From Arenicellales bacterium (GTDB taxonomy: Bacteria > Pseudomonadota > Gammaproteobacteria > Arenicellales > Poriferihabitantaceae), in the NCBI GenBank assembly GCA_963665165.1, contig OY761989.1:2286287-2350286 (forward strand): DNA of 64,000 nt, read 5' to 3'. This document shows positions 39,905 to 48,649 of this stretch, in pieces. Numbering within the stretch: position 1 is the stretch's first letter; the number at the start of each line of letters is the position of its first letter. Position numbers and translations under genes: made by a program. A model generated the notes under the pieces. That model saw only the letters and a program-made list of their open reading frames with translations, searched no databases and was not told where the DNA came from.

Positions 39905-40504
39905 GTGAAACCCGCTGGAATAGCCCTGGTGGCCGGGCTGGGAAACCCGGGACCGCAATATGCCGCAACCCGGCATAATGCCGGGTTCTGGTTTATGGAA
40001 CGCCTGCAACCCGGATATCGGACAACCCTTTCGACGGAAAAGAAATTCAAGGCGAAAACAGGCCAGTTCAGACATCGGGACGAAGTGGTTCGCACGATCA
40101 CACCCTGCACATTCATGAACCTGAGCGGCGAGCCGATAGCGGCTATGGCGTCATTTTACCGAATCGCGCCGGAACAGATTCTGGTCATCCACGATGAAGT
40201 CGATTTCGAACCGGGCGTGGCGCGGTTCAAAACAGGCGGCGGCCATGGCGGCCACAACGGTCTTCGCAATATCATAGCCAGACTCGGTTGCGGCGACTTC
40301 CCGAGAATTCGTATCGGCATCGGCCATCCGGGCAATCATCGGGACGTATCGAATTTTGTACTGTCCAGGCCGCCGCTGGGTGAAGCTCGCAGGATTGAAA
40401 ACGCCATCGACCGGGCAATCGCAGTCATGCCGGACATTCTTTCCGGAAATTACCAGCAGGCGATGAATACGCTCCACCGGAACTCCACAGGCCCCGGAAA
40501 ATAA
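39905..40504 (+). CDS. pth: Peptidyl-tRNA hydrolase
   Basis: GLGNPG, TRHNAGF, FMNLSG, HDE, GGHNGL, RIGIGHP motifs. Confidence 0.97.
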   Translation: MKPAGIALVAGLGNPGPQYAATRHNAGFWFMERLQPGYRTTLSTEKKFKAKTGQFRHRDEVVRTITPCTFMNLSGEPIAAMASFYRIAPEQILVIHDEVDFEPGVARFKTGGGHGGHNGLRNIIARLGCGDFPRIRIGIGHPGNHRDVSNFVLSRPPLGEARRIENAIDRAIAVMPDILSGNYQQAMNTLHRNSTGPGK

Positions 40505-40505
40505 C

Positions 40506-41600
40506 ATGGGCATCCAATGCGGCATCGTGGGGTTGCCGAATGTAGGCAAATCCACACTGTTCAACGCACTGACCGGTTCCGGCCAGGCCCAGACCGAAAA
40601 TTACGCCTTTTGCACGATCGACCCCAATGTCGGCATCGTTGAAGTGCCCGATGCCAGACTGGACAAACTGGCGGAAATCGTCCAGCCCCGCAAGGTCATA
40701 CCGGCCACCGTGGAATTTGTCGATATTGCCGGACTGGTGGCAGGCGCCTCACAGGGAGAAGGACTGGGCAATCGCTTTCTGGCCCATATCCGGGAAGTGG
40801 ACGCAATCGTTCATGTCGTACGCGCCTTTGAAGACGACAATATCACCCACGTGTCGAATCGGGTCGATCCCGGATCCGATATCGGGACGGTCAACACCGA
40901 GCTGATACTGGCCGACATCCAGACCGCCGACAAGGCCATCGGGCGCGCTGAAAAAGCCGGAAAATCAGGTAACAGGGAACAAATCGCGCTGGCCGGGTTG
41001 CTGAACACAGTCCGGGCGCATCTGGATGACGGCTTCAGGATCGGGTCGATGAACCTGGCCCCTTCGGCGCGAAAAACCCTGGAACCGTGCTGTTTCCTGA
41101 CTGTCAAACCCGTCCTTTACATCGCCAATGTCGAAGACATCGGTAATGCGTGCAATCCTCACCTGCCTGTCATACGGCAGTGGGCGGAAAGTGAATCGGC
41201 GCAAGTGGTCGCGGTATCCGCTTCTCTGGAACAGGAACTGACCGAATTGGCCGAACAGGATATAGCGCCGTTTCTCGAAGAAATGGGGCTACGGGAACCC
41301 GGCCTGAACCGCGTCATCCGCTCCGCTTACTCCCTGCTGGGTTTGCAGACTTTTTTTACCGCCGGCCCGAAAGAAGTGCGGGCCTGGACCATTGCGACAG
41401 GCGCCACAGCCGCACAGTCGGCAGGTACCATACACAGCGACTTCGAACGGGGTTTTATTTGCGCGGAAACGGTCGCCTGGGACGACTATGTCCGATATGA
41501 TGGCGTACAGGGGGCAAGGGAAGCGGGCAGGCTCAGACTGGAGGGAAGAAATTACGTCGTCCGGGATGGTGACGTCATGCATTTTCGTTTTAACGTATGA
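40506..41600 (+). CDS. ychF: Redox-regulated ATPase YchF
   Basis: GIVGLPNVGKST, DIAGLV, FFTAG.KEVRAW, IHSDFERGFI, DGDVMHFRFNV motifs. Confidence 0.97.
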   Translation: MGIQCGIVGLPNVGKSTLFNALTGSGQAQTENYAFCTIDPNVGIVEVPDARLDKLAEIVQPRKVIPATVEFVDIAGLVAGASQGEGLGNRFLAHIREVDAIVHVVRAFEDDNITHVSNRVDPGSDIGTVNTELILADIQTADKAIGRAEKAGKSGNREQIALAGLLNTVRAHLDDGFRIGSMNLAPSARKTLEPCCFLTVKPVLYIANVEDIGNACNPHLPVIRQWAESESAQVVAVSASLEQELTELAEQDIAPFLEEMGLREPGLNRVIRSAYSLLGLQTFFTAGPKEVRAWTIATGATAAQSAGTIHSDFERGFICAETVAWDDYVRYDGVQGAREAGRLRLEGRNYVVRDGDVMHFRFNV

Positions 41601-43717
41601 ACCAGCTTGGTTACGAAGAACTTGAAACCCTCCTGGATGAGTATCTTGACCCGGTGCTTTCATCCCGCCGAACCTCTGAAGAACCGGTACGGGGCCTGCT
41701 CCCGCTTGCCCGGCGCCATCAGGATTTCGCGCTGCACTGGACCGATGTGATCCGCAGATCCAATGCCGAAATGGCCTGGCAGTTCGTCAGTCGGGTTCCA
41801 CTGGCGCTGAAATTGATGGATACCAGGGGAACACGCCAATGGCTCCTGCATGCCATGGATATCTATGACAGGGAAGGCCTGTACCCCGGAAGCGCGGCAT
41901 TCGAGAAAGTGGAATCCTTCGCCCGGGAGTTTCGACTGAGCCATGTCACCATCACCCTGGAACAGGTGCGGGGAGTGCTTGAGACCATTGTATGCGGCCT
42001 GTCCGGGCGGACGCTCAAAATCGAGTCGGGCAACAGCGCCTTTACCGATACCGGGACACTCTACCTTCCGGCGGCAATCAACCGGTTCAACCAGCGCGAA
42101 GAAAACTACCGTCTGTACAAGATCATGGCGGTCCACCTGTGGGCGCAAACCTGGTTCGGTACATTCCGGCGCCCTGCCCCGGACGCGCCCCATCCCGGCA
42201 CGATACTGGGCGGGTTCCCGGACAGCGGGCGCGCCCTGAAACTGTTCAACCTGCTCGAATCCTGGCGGCTCAACGCATGCATAGAACGGGAACTTCCGGG
42301 ACTCGCCAGGGAAATGGGGCAACTGCACCCCGTAGTCGTTCCGCAGGATGCCACATGGAAAAAAATCCTGGATGGTCTGTCGCAACCCGGCGCAACCGTG
42401 TATCAAACCCTGGAAGCCGTTTCTGTACTTTATGACCTGCGGATGCCCTGGCCGGAACCGTTCATATACCAGGGCGAGTTGAACTTCGATGCCGCGGAAA
42501 TGACCATCGAACAGCGCATGCAAGCGGACCGGGCCGAATTGCAATTGAGCCTGCATGAACTGCTGGAATCGATCGTCAATGAGCAAAACCCCGATTCAGA
42601 CCCGCTGCAGGTCGAAGGCGCGCAGTTCGACGCGGAAATCGACGAGCAAGGCAATCCCCGGGTCACTCTGGACGGAGAACCACTCGACGCGCCGCCGGAC
42701 CTCGAGAATCTGTTGACCTCCATGTTCCAGGACTTTGATGACATTCCGGATGACTGGCTGGTTCCGGCCGGGGACGGCAGCTATGACAACCGGAACCAGC
42801 CGGATAACCCGGCCGAAGACGTCTGGAAAGGCACCTGGCATAAGGAAGGGGCATTCCTGTACGACGAGTGGGATTTTCGCCGGCAGTCCTATCGCAAAAA
42901 CTGGTGTGTGCTGCGTGAAGTGGAAACCCATCCGCACTACGATGATTTCGCGGAAAGAACCCTGGAGCGCTACATTCACCTGGTTACCGACATCAGAAAA
43001 CACTTCGAAGCCCTGCGCGGAGAAGACCGGATTCTCAAAGCGCAGCCCACCGGGGACGATATCGACCTGGACGCGTTGGTCACCGCCCACGCGGACCATC
43101 TCACCGGTGTTGAAATGACGGATCGGGTATACGTCCGGATGAGAAAACAGGAAAGGGACCTGGCCGTCCTGTTCATGGTCGATATCAGTGGATCGACCAA
43201 GGGCTGGATCAACGATGCGGAACGGGAAAGCCTGATCCTGCTTTGCCAGGCGCTCGAGATTCTGGGAGACCAGTACGCTATTTACGGATTTTCCGGGATG
43301 ACCCGCAATCGTTGTGAAGTCTATAAGATCAAGACCTTCGAGCAGAACTATGACCGGGACGTACGCGCCCGGATCAGCGGCTTGAGGCCCCAGGATTACA
43401 CCCGGATGGGAGTCGTGATTCGCCATCTCACCCGCATTCTCAATGACGTGGAAGCGCGCACCCGGATTCTGGTCACATTATCGGATGGCAAGCCGGATGA
43501 TTATGACGGCTACCGGGGCGACTATGGAATCGAGGACACCCGCCAGGCGCTGCTCGAGGCGCGCCATGGCGGCATTCATCCCTTTTGCATCACCATTGAC
43601 ACCGAAGCCAGCGATTACCTGCCCCACATGTACGGCCACGCCAGTTTTACCGTAATTGACGAAGTCCGCAAACTCCCCCTCAAGGTAGCCGATATCTACC
43701 GGAAACTGACCACCTGA
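41597..43717 (+). CDS. CbbO/NorD-family von Willebrand factor A protein
   Basis: YDEWDF, GDDIDLDA, MIDAS DISGST, YTRMG, LSDGKPDDYD, GIEDTR and HPFCITID motifs. Confidence 0.88.
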   Translation: MNQLGYEELETLLDEYLDPVLSSRRTSEEPVRGLLPLARRHQDFALHWTDVIRRSNAEMAWQFVSRVPLALKLMDTRGTRQWLLHAMDIYDREGLYPGSAAFEKVESFAREFRLSHVTITLEQVRGVLETIVCGLSGRTLKIESGNSAFTDTGTLYLPAAINRFNQREENYRLYKIMAVHLWAQTWFGTFRRPAPDAPHPGTILGGFPDSGRALKLFNLLESWRLNACIERELPGLAREMGQLHPVVVPQDATWKKILDGLSQPGATVYQTLEAVSVLYDLRMPWPEPFIYQGELNFDAAEMTIEQRMQADRAELQLSLHELLESIVNEQNPDSDPLQVEGAQFDAEIDEQGNPRVTLDGEPLDAPPDLENLLTSMFQDFDDIPDDWLVPAGDGSYDNRNQPDNPAEDVWKGTWHKEGAFLYDEWDFRRQSYRKNWCVLREVETHPHYDDFAERTLERYIHLVTDIRKHFEALRGEDRILKAQPTGDDIDLDALVTAHADHLTGVEMTDRVYVRMRKQERDLAVLFMVDISGSTKGWINDAERESLILLCQALEILGDQYAIYGFSGMTRNRCEVYKIKTFEQNYDRDVRARISGLRPQDYTRMGVVIRHLTRILNDVEARTRILVTLSDGKPDDYDGYRGDYGIEDTRQALLEARHGGIHPFCITIDTEASDYLPHMYGHASFTVIDEVRKLPLKVADIYRKLTT

Positions 43718-43734
43718 TTTTCCCCGGATTGGTC

Positions 43735-43791
43735 TTGACATGGAACAACCGGATGCTATACAGTTTAATAAACTGATTAACCAGTCAGTTT
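43735..43791 (+). promoter_or_regulatory. Sigma70 promoter and putative TetR operator of the hypBA-ureohydrolase operon
   Basis: TTGACA 43735-43740; TATACA/TACAGT 43757-43764; inverted repeats CAGTTT-aat-AAACTG (43761-43775) and AAACTGA-N8-TCAGTTT (43770-43791). Confidence 0.7.
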
Positions 43792-43869
43792 TTTGCGGCG
43801 CGACTGCCCTCAGGCTGCCTGCGCCGCCAGACGGCAGGATGCAAACCTTATCGTTGACCGGAGTAGAGT

Positions 43870-44742
43870 ATGTGTACTGTATGCGGATGTGGTGACACTG
43901 AAAACAGGGGACGCCCCGAACGCCATCCCCGGGCGCATTCCCACGACCACTCCCACCACTCTCACGACCATTCCCATGACCACTCCCATGACCACTCCCA
44001 CGGTCATGCGCATCATTACGGACAGACAGAGTCCGGCGTAACGGTCGCCGGATTCTCCCAGGAAAGACTGGTGCAGATCGAGAAAAGCATCCTGTCCAAA
44101 AATGACGGGCATGCCGCGTCGAACCGGGAGTGGCTCGCCGCGCATGACCTGACGGCGCTGAACCTCCTTTCCAGTCCCGGCGCCGGGAAAACGACCCTGC
44201 TGGTCGAAACCATTCGCGAACTCGCGGCCATATTGCCGGTCGGAGTCATTGAGGGCGACCAGGAAACCTCGAACGACGCCGACCGTATCCTGCAATCGGG
44301 CGCCAGCGCGATCCAGATCAATACCGGGAAAGGCTGCCACCTGGATGCCCACATGATCGGGCATGCGCTGGGTGACCTGGATGTGGCGCCGGGAGGGATC
44401 GTGTTTGTAGAGAATGTGGGCAACCTGGTCTGCCCGGCGATGTTCGATCTTGGAGAACACGCCAGGGTCGTCATTCTGTCCGTGACGGAGGGCGAAGACA
44501 AGCCGATCAAGTATCCGGACATGTTTGCGGCTGCGGACCTGTTGCTGATCTCCAAGACCGACCTGCTGCCATATCTTGATTTCAGCGTCGCGCAGGCGGT
44601 CGAATACGCAAGGCGGGTCAATCCGGATGTGGAGACGATCGAGGTCTCGGCAAAACAGGGCGTCGGCATGGATTCCTGGATCGACTGGATCATGGATCGA
44701 TGCGTCCGGACACAGCCCGGACGGCATACATCCGGACGGTAG
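43870..44742 (+). CDS. hypB: Nickel metallochaperone GTPase HypB
   Basis: N-terminal MCTVCGC, His-rich tract, SSPGAGKTT, EGDQ, GKGCHLDA, ENVGNLVCP, EGEDKP.KYP, SKTD motifs. Confidence 0.95.
   Translation: MCTVCGCGDTENRGRPERHPRAHSHDHSHHSHDHSHDHSHDHSHGHAHHYGQTESGVTVAGFSQERLVQIEKSILSKNDGHAASNREWLAAHDLTALNLLSSPGAGKTTLLVETIRELAAILPVGVIEGDQETSNDADRILQSGASAIQINTGKGCHLDAHMIGHALGDLDVAPGGIVFVENVGNLVCPAMFDLGEHARVVILSVTEGEDKPIKYPDMFAAADLLLISKTDLLPYLDFSVAQAVEYARRVNPDVETIEVSAKQGVGMDSWIDWIMDRCVRTQPGRHTSGR
43936..44016 (+). repeat. Coding low-complexity (HSHD)n repeat
   Basis: Degenerate CAYTCCCAYGAC 12-mer repeats encoding HSHDHSHHSHDHSHDHSHDHSHGHAHH. Confidence 0.8.
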
Positions 44743-44748
44743 GCGGAT

Positions 44749-45174
44749 ATGCACGAACTCGCGCTGGCCAGGGAGATGATCGAGATCGTGCAACAGTATG
44801 CGAGTGAACATGGCCCGGGCCGTGTCAGGAATATTTCTATACGGCTGGGGGAATTATCCGCAATGTCGAGGGCATTGCATTTCTGTTTTGGCGCAGCCTC
44901 CAGAGGCACGTTGTGTGAAGGCGCCGTCCTGCACATCGAGGAAATTCCCCTGACTGTCTGGTGCCAGGGCTGCAATGAAAACAAGTCTCCAATCGGACGA
45001 TACAGTTTTCGCTGCATGGATTGCGGGATGCCGACTCCGAAAATCGTGACTGGCAAGGAAATGGAACTTGTTTCCATTGAACTGTCCAGAACCGCAGAAG
45101 ACAGGATGAAGAAACCCGGCATGCCCGCCCGTCAGCGGAATGAATCAACCCACCTCCTGTTTCAAGGCGTTTGA
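44749..45174 (+). CDS. hypA: Nickel metallochaperone HypA
   Basis: MHE Ni motif, LGELS, two CxxC (CQGC, CMDC), GKEM. Confidence 0.93.
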   Translation: MHELALAREMIEIVQQYASEHGPGRVRNISIRLGELSAMSRALHFCFGAASRGTLCEGAVLHIEEIPLTVWCQGCNENKSPIGRYSFRCMDCGMPTPKIVTGKEMELVSIELSRTAEDRMKKPGMPARQRNESTHLLFQGV

Positions 45175-45176
45175 GG

Positions 45177-46250
45177 ATGACTGAAAACAAAGACCGCTCA
45201 CAGTTTGTTCCGTTTCAGCACCGGGGGCCGCACCGGGAACCGGCTGGTACGCATACGATGTCCCCGAACAGGCATAACGGCGCATTCAAGGCAGAAGGGA
45301 TCCTGACATTCATGGGCGCTCCCTATTGCCCTCCCGAGCGGGACAGGATTCGTGAAGCGGGAGCCAGGATCTGTTTTCTGGGGGCGCCGTGGGACCAGGG
45401 CACGATAGTCAGGACCGGCACATCGAGCGGCCCGCGCGGGATACGCGAGGCTTCATCCCAGTATTTCCCCTATATGTTCGAATATGACGTCGATCTGATG
45501 ACATTTTTCAATGTCGTGGATTGCGGAGACATCCCGATCGTTCCGGGCAACAATGCCCTTTCGCAGCAATATATGGAAGATTATGTGACGGAATGCCTGG
45601 AAGGCGGCGCAAAGGTGCTGCTGGTGGGGGGCGACCACTCTGTTCCCATTCCCGGAGCCAGGGCGCTGTCCCGATATTTATCCAGGCACCACCCGGAAGG
45701 GAAAATGGGATACCTCCATGTCGATTGCCACCTGGATGCCGCAGTGGACTGGGCAGGAATTGAAATTACCAATGCCTCGGGGCCAACGGAGACATTCAAA
45801 CTGCCGAATGTGGACGGCAGGAACATGGCCCACATGGGTTCCAGGAACGGACTCAATCCAAAGGACTGGATGGATTTCTGGATCGACAACGATATGCCAA
45901 TCCTGCCCATGTCCCAGGTGGTCGAGGAAGGCATTGACAAATGTGGACGGTTTATTCTTGACCGGGCCTGGAACGGAACGGACGCCGTTTACCTGTCATG
46001 GGACACAGACTCCATAGACTGCAGCACTATGCCAGGTACGAGTTGTCCGGAATGTTACGGAATCAAGGCGCGTGAAGCGATCCAGTTCGCCAGGATTGCC
46101 GGAGAATACGGTGTCGATGTGATTGAGCTGGCGGAGTTGTCCCCGATTTTCGACGTCAGCCAGATGAGCGCAAAACTCGCCTGCATGTTGCTCTACCATT
46201 ATCTGGGCAGCAGGGCGGCAACCCTGCGTTCGAGAAACGAAACTCCCTGA
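45177..46250 (+). CDS. Ureohydrolase catalytic subunit, metformin/dimethylguanidine hydrolase alpha (MfmA)-like
   Basis: Intact binuclear ligands GGDH, DCHLD, WDTDSID. Segments QHRGP, TFMGAPYCPP, QYFPYMFEYDVDL, DYVTECLEGGAKV, NMAHMGSRNGLNPKDW and YHYLGSRA match my recollection of MfmA. Confidence 0.85.
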   Translation: MTENKDRSQFVPFQHRGPHREPAGTHTMSPNRHNGAFKAEGILTFMGAPYCPPERDRIREAGARICFLGAPWDQGTIVRTGTSSGPRGIREASSQYFPYMFEYDVDLMTFFNVVDCGDIPIVPGNNALSQQYMEDYVTECLEGGAKVLLVGGDHSVPIPGARALSRYLSRHHPEGKMGYLHVDCHLDAAVDWAGIEITNASGPTETFKLPNVDGRNMAHMGSRNGLNPKDWMDFWIDNDMPILPMSQVVEEGIDKCGRFILDRAWNGTDAVYLSWDTDSIDCSTMPGTSCPECYGIKAREAIQFARIAGEYGVDVIELAELSPIFDVSQMSAKLACMLLYHYLGSRAATLRSRNETP

Positions 46251-46308
46251 TGGCCGGGACCACCAGACTGGTAACTTATCAATAATTGAAATTGCAGCAG
46301 GAATACCG

Positions 46309-47355
46309 ATGAACCCCGCAAAAGCATTCGCACACCTTTTTTCCCCGCTTGGCGGGGAAGAATCCGACAACTATCGTTCACCCGGCCAGATTTCATTTCT
46401 GCGCGCGCCATTCGTTCCGGTCGATAGCGAGGAATTGAAAAACCCGGAAGCGCAGTATGCGTTTGTCGGCGTACCATTCGACGAAGGAAATGTAGGGAAG
46501 CCCGGATCGGAAGACGGCCCCAGGGAATTTCGGGTCGCGTCACTGGATTACTTCCCGTACTGGTTCGAGTTCAATGTCGATCTGCATGGCTCCACAATCG
46601 ACATTGGAGATGTCTCGATGCCGCGTGTCAGTCCGGATGTGGCGCGCGGCCGGATCTACGACACGGTGCTCAAGGTGTTGCATGCGGGCAAGACCCCGAT
46701 CGTTTGCGGCGGCGATCGCTCGGTTTCCATTGCCGCTGCCAAAGCGCTGTCGGATTACCTGGGGAAAGACAAAAAAATGGGGTACATGCACCTGGGCGCG
46801 CATCTGGACATGTCCGATTCCTGGGCCGGGGAAAGCCAGGTCAGTACCTGTGCCATGGCCCGCATTACGGAGCTTGAAAACCTGGACATGGATCATGTCG
46901 CGCACATGGGCGCCAGAAATTCCTTCAACCCGAAAGACCAGATCGATCTTGCCAGAGCCAGGGGAATGCGGTTCTACCCGATGTTCGAAATTCTCGACCG
47001 GGGCGTCGATGAAGTGGCGGAAGAAGCGGTCGAACGGGTATGGGGGGGAACTGATGGCCAGTATCTGAGCTTCAACTTCAACGTGATGGATTCATCCGCA
47101 GCGCCGGGCGTGACCGCTACAGAACCGGGTGGTCTTGAATCTAGGGAGATCATGCGGGTTGCGTCACAGATCAGCGCCCGTGGTGGAGTCAGCGTGATTG
47201 ACGTAACCGAATTATGCCCGATGTTCGATGTCAGCGGCTCTACATCGAGGATGGCGGTCTGTGTGGTTTTACGCATCATGGCCGGCATTGCGTACAAGCA
47301 TGGACGCACTCTTGATCCGTCACTGCGTCGGCCCGGTTGGAAATTCGCGGACTGA
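46309..47355 (+). CDS. Ureohydrolase non-catalytic subunit, MfmB-like
   Basis: Metal ligands degenerate (GGDRS, GAHLD, FNFNVMD). MNPAK..AHLFSPLGG, GVPFDEGN.GKPGSED and TEPGGLESRE match recalled MfmB. Confidence 0.85.
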   Translation: MNPAKAFAHLFSPLGGEESDNYRSPGQISFLRAPFVPVDSEELKNPEAQYAFVGVPFDEGNVGKPGSEDGPREFRVASLDYFPYWFEFNVDLHGSTIDIGDVSMPRVSPDVARGRIYDTVLKVLHAGKTPIVCGGDRSVSIAAAKALSDYLGKDKKMGYMHLGAHLDMSDSWAGESQVSTCAMARITELENLDMDHVAHMGARNSFNPKDQIDLARARGMRFYPMFEILDRGVDEVAEEAVERVWGGTDGQYLSFNFNVMDSSAAPGVTATEPGGLESREIMRVASQISARGGVSVIDVTELCPMFDVSGSTSRMAVCVVLRIMAGIAYKHGRTLDPSLRRPGWKFAD

Positions 47356-47408
47356 GGCAACCCCCGTATTCGATTCACACTTGATCCAAAACAGATAGAA
47401 CGAGGTAA

Positions 47409-48521
47409 ATGCAAATGGCAAACACGACGAAGAACGCACACAGAAACCAATCTCCAGGATCCATTACCAGAAGAACGTTCCTCGGTTACACGGCCAGCGC
47501 CGCGGCGGCGACCCTGCTGGGGACGCGAACAGCGGCCGCGGCGGATGAACTGAATATACTGGTATGGTGCGACCATGCGGACGACAAGCTGATCAAGCCC
47601 TTTGAAGCCGCGCATAATGTCAAGGTAAACGTAAAAACCTATGAAGGCACCGGCACGGCTTTATCCATTATCGGGCAATCTGCACCCGGAGACTGGGATG
47701 TTCTGGTCGTGGATGCCCCCGACGTTCCGGTTGTCGCCCGCCAGGGAATCCTGGCGCCCCTTGATGACGGAAATTTTCCGTTGGACGATCTGTTCTCTCC
47801 CCTGATTTCAGCCGGCTTCAACTATGTTGACGGAGTACGCTACGCGGTACCGGAAAAATTCGGCTATTACGGTGTGGCATACAACCGGGAAAAAGTGGAC
47901 CCTGCGGATATGCGCTCTGCCCAGGTCATGTGGAATGAAAAATACAAGGGCCGGGTCGCCGTGTACGATTATTATTTTCCGCTCATGCAGTTGATCGCGA
48001 TCTCGATGGGAATCGAACCGGACAAGATCAGCCTGGATGATCTGCCGGCCATTCGCGAGAAACTGCTTGCGATGAAACCGAACGTCAAGATTGTCGGTGA
48101 TATCGTAGGCGTGCAGAATGCGCTGGTAAGCGGTGATGTCGACCTGATATTGAACGGCGCCGAATTCTCGGTTTCCGGTTTGATGCCGACCATCCCCGCG
48201 CTGGACTGGACTATTTTCGATGAAGGAGGCCTGATGTGGATACAGGGTATTGGCGTGTTTGAAAGCTCCTCCAACAAAGCGCTGGCGGAAGAATTCGTCC
48301 GCTACATATTAAGTCCCGACGGCCAGGGTCGTCTGGCGACTTCCGAGTGCTTCTGGGCAATGCCGTCAAACAGGAACGCGGTATTGAACGACGACCAAAG
48401 AAGGATACTGCGCTGGGATGAACAACCCGATTTTCTGGGCAAATCCGTACCCTCCACGATCAGCCAGCCTGATATTGATTCCGCAATGCTGGATATCTGG
48501 ACAGAGTTCCTGCAAAGTTGA
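47409..48521 (+). CDS. PotD/PotF-family ABC substrate-binding protein, Tat-exported
   Basis: TRRTFL twin-arginine signal; LNILVW, YAVP...G..GVAYN, WNEKYKG, EGGLMW motifs. Confidence 0.88.
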   Translation: MQMANTTKNAHRNQSPGSITRRTFLGYTASAAAATLLGTRTAAAADELNILVWCDHADDKLIKPFEAAHNVKVNVKTYEGTGTALSIIGQSAPGDWDVLVVDAPDVPVVARQGILAPLDDGNFPLDDLFSPLISAGFNYVDGVRYAVPEKFGYYGVAYNREKVDPADMRSAQVMWNEKYKGRVAVYDYYFPLMQLIAISMGIEPDKISLDDLPAIREKLLAMKPNVKIVGDIVGVQNALVSGDVDLILNGAEFSVSGLMPTIPALDWTIFDEGGLMWIQGIGVFESSSNKALAEEFVRYILSPDGQGRLATSECFWAMPSNRNAVLNDDQRRILRWDEQPDFLGKSVPSTISQPDIDSAMLDIWTEFLQS

Positions 48522-48559
48522 CCACTGGACACTGAATCCGATTCACTAACGGATTTGCG

Positions 48560-48625
48560 AACCGGCCAATCCTGCCCGGTTGTGGATTGTCCTGCCAGGC
48601 AATCCAGTCCGGGGCACGGCCGGTT
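48560..48625. other. Long intergenic stem-loop between SBP and permease
   Basis: Nested pairings AACCGGCC/GGCCGGTT, TGCCCGG/CCGGGGCA, TGGATTG/CAATCCA. Confidence 0.65.
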
Positions 48626-48649
48626 TGACTGCCGATTCTACCGTTTGAC

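Noticed and set aside
43795-43860. Possible guanidine riboswitch in the hypB leader (TGCGCCG...AGACGGC)
   Set aside because: The fragments do not occur in the order or structure of guanidine-I, -II or -III motifs as I know them, and there are no twin ACGR hairpins. An Rfam scan would be needed to overturn this.
43870-45174. hypA/hypB as evidence of a hydrogenase cluster
   Set aside because: There are no hydrogenase subunits or hypCDEF in the window, and the genes are coupled to ureohydrolases.
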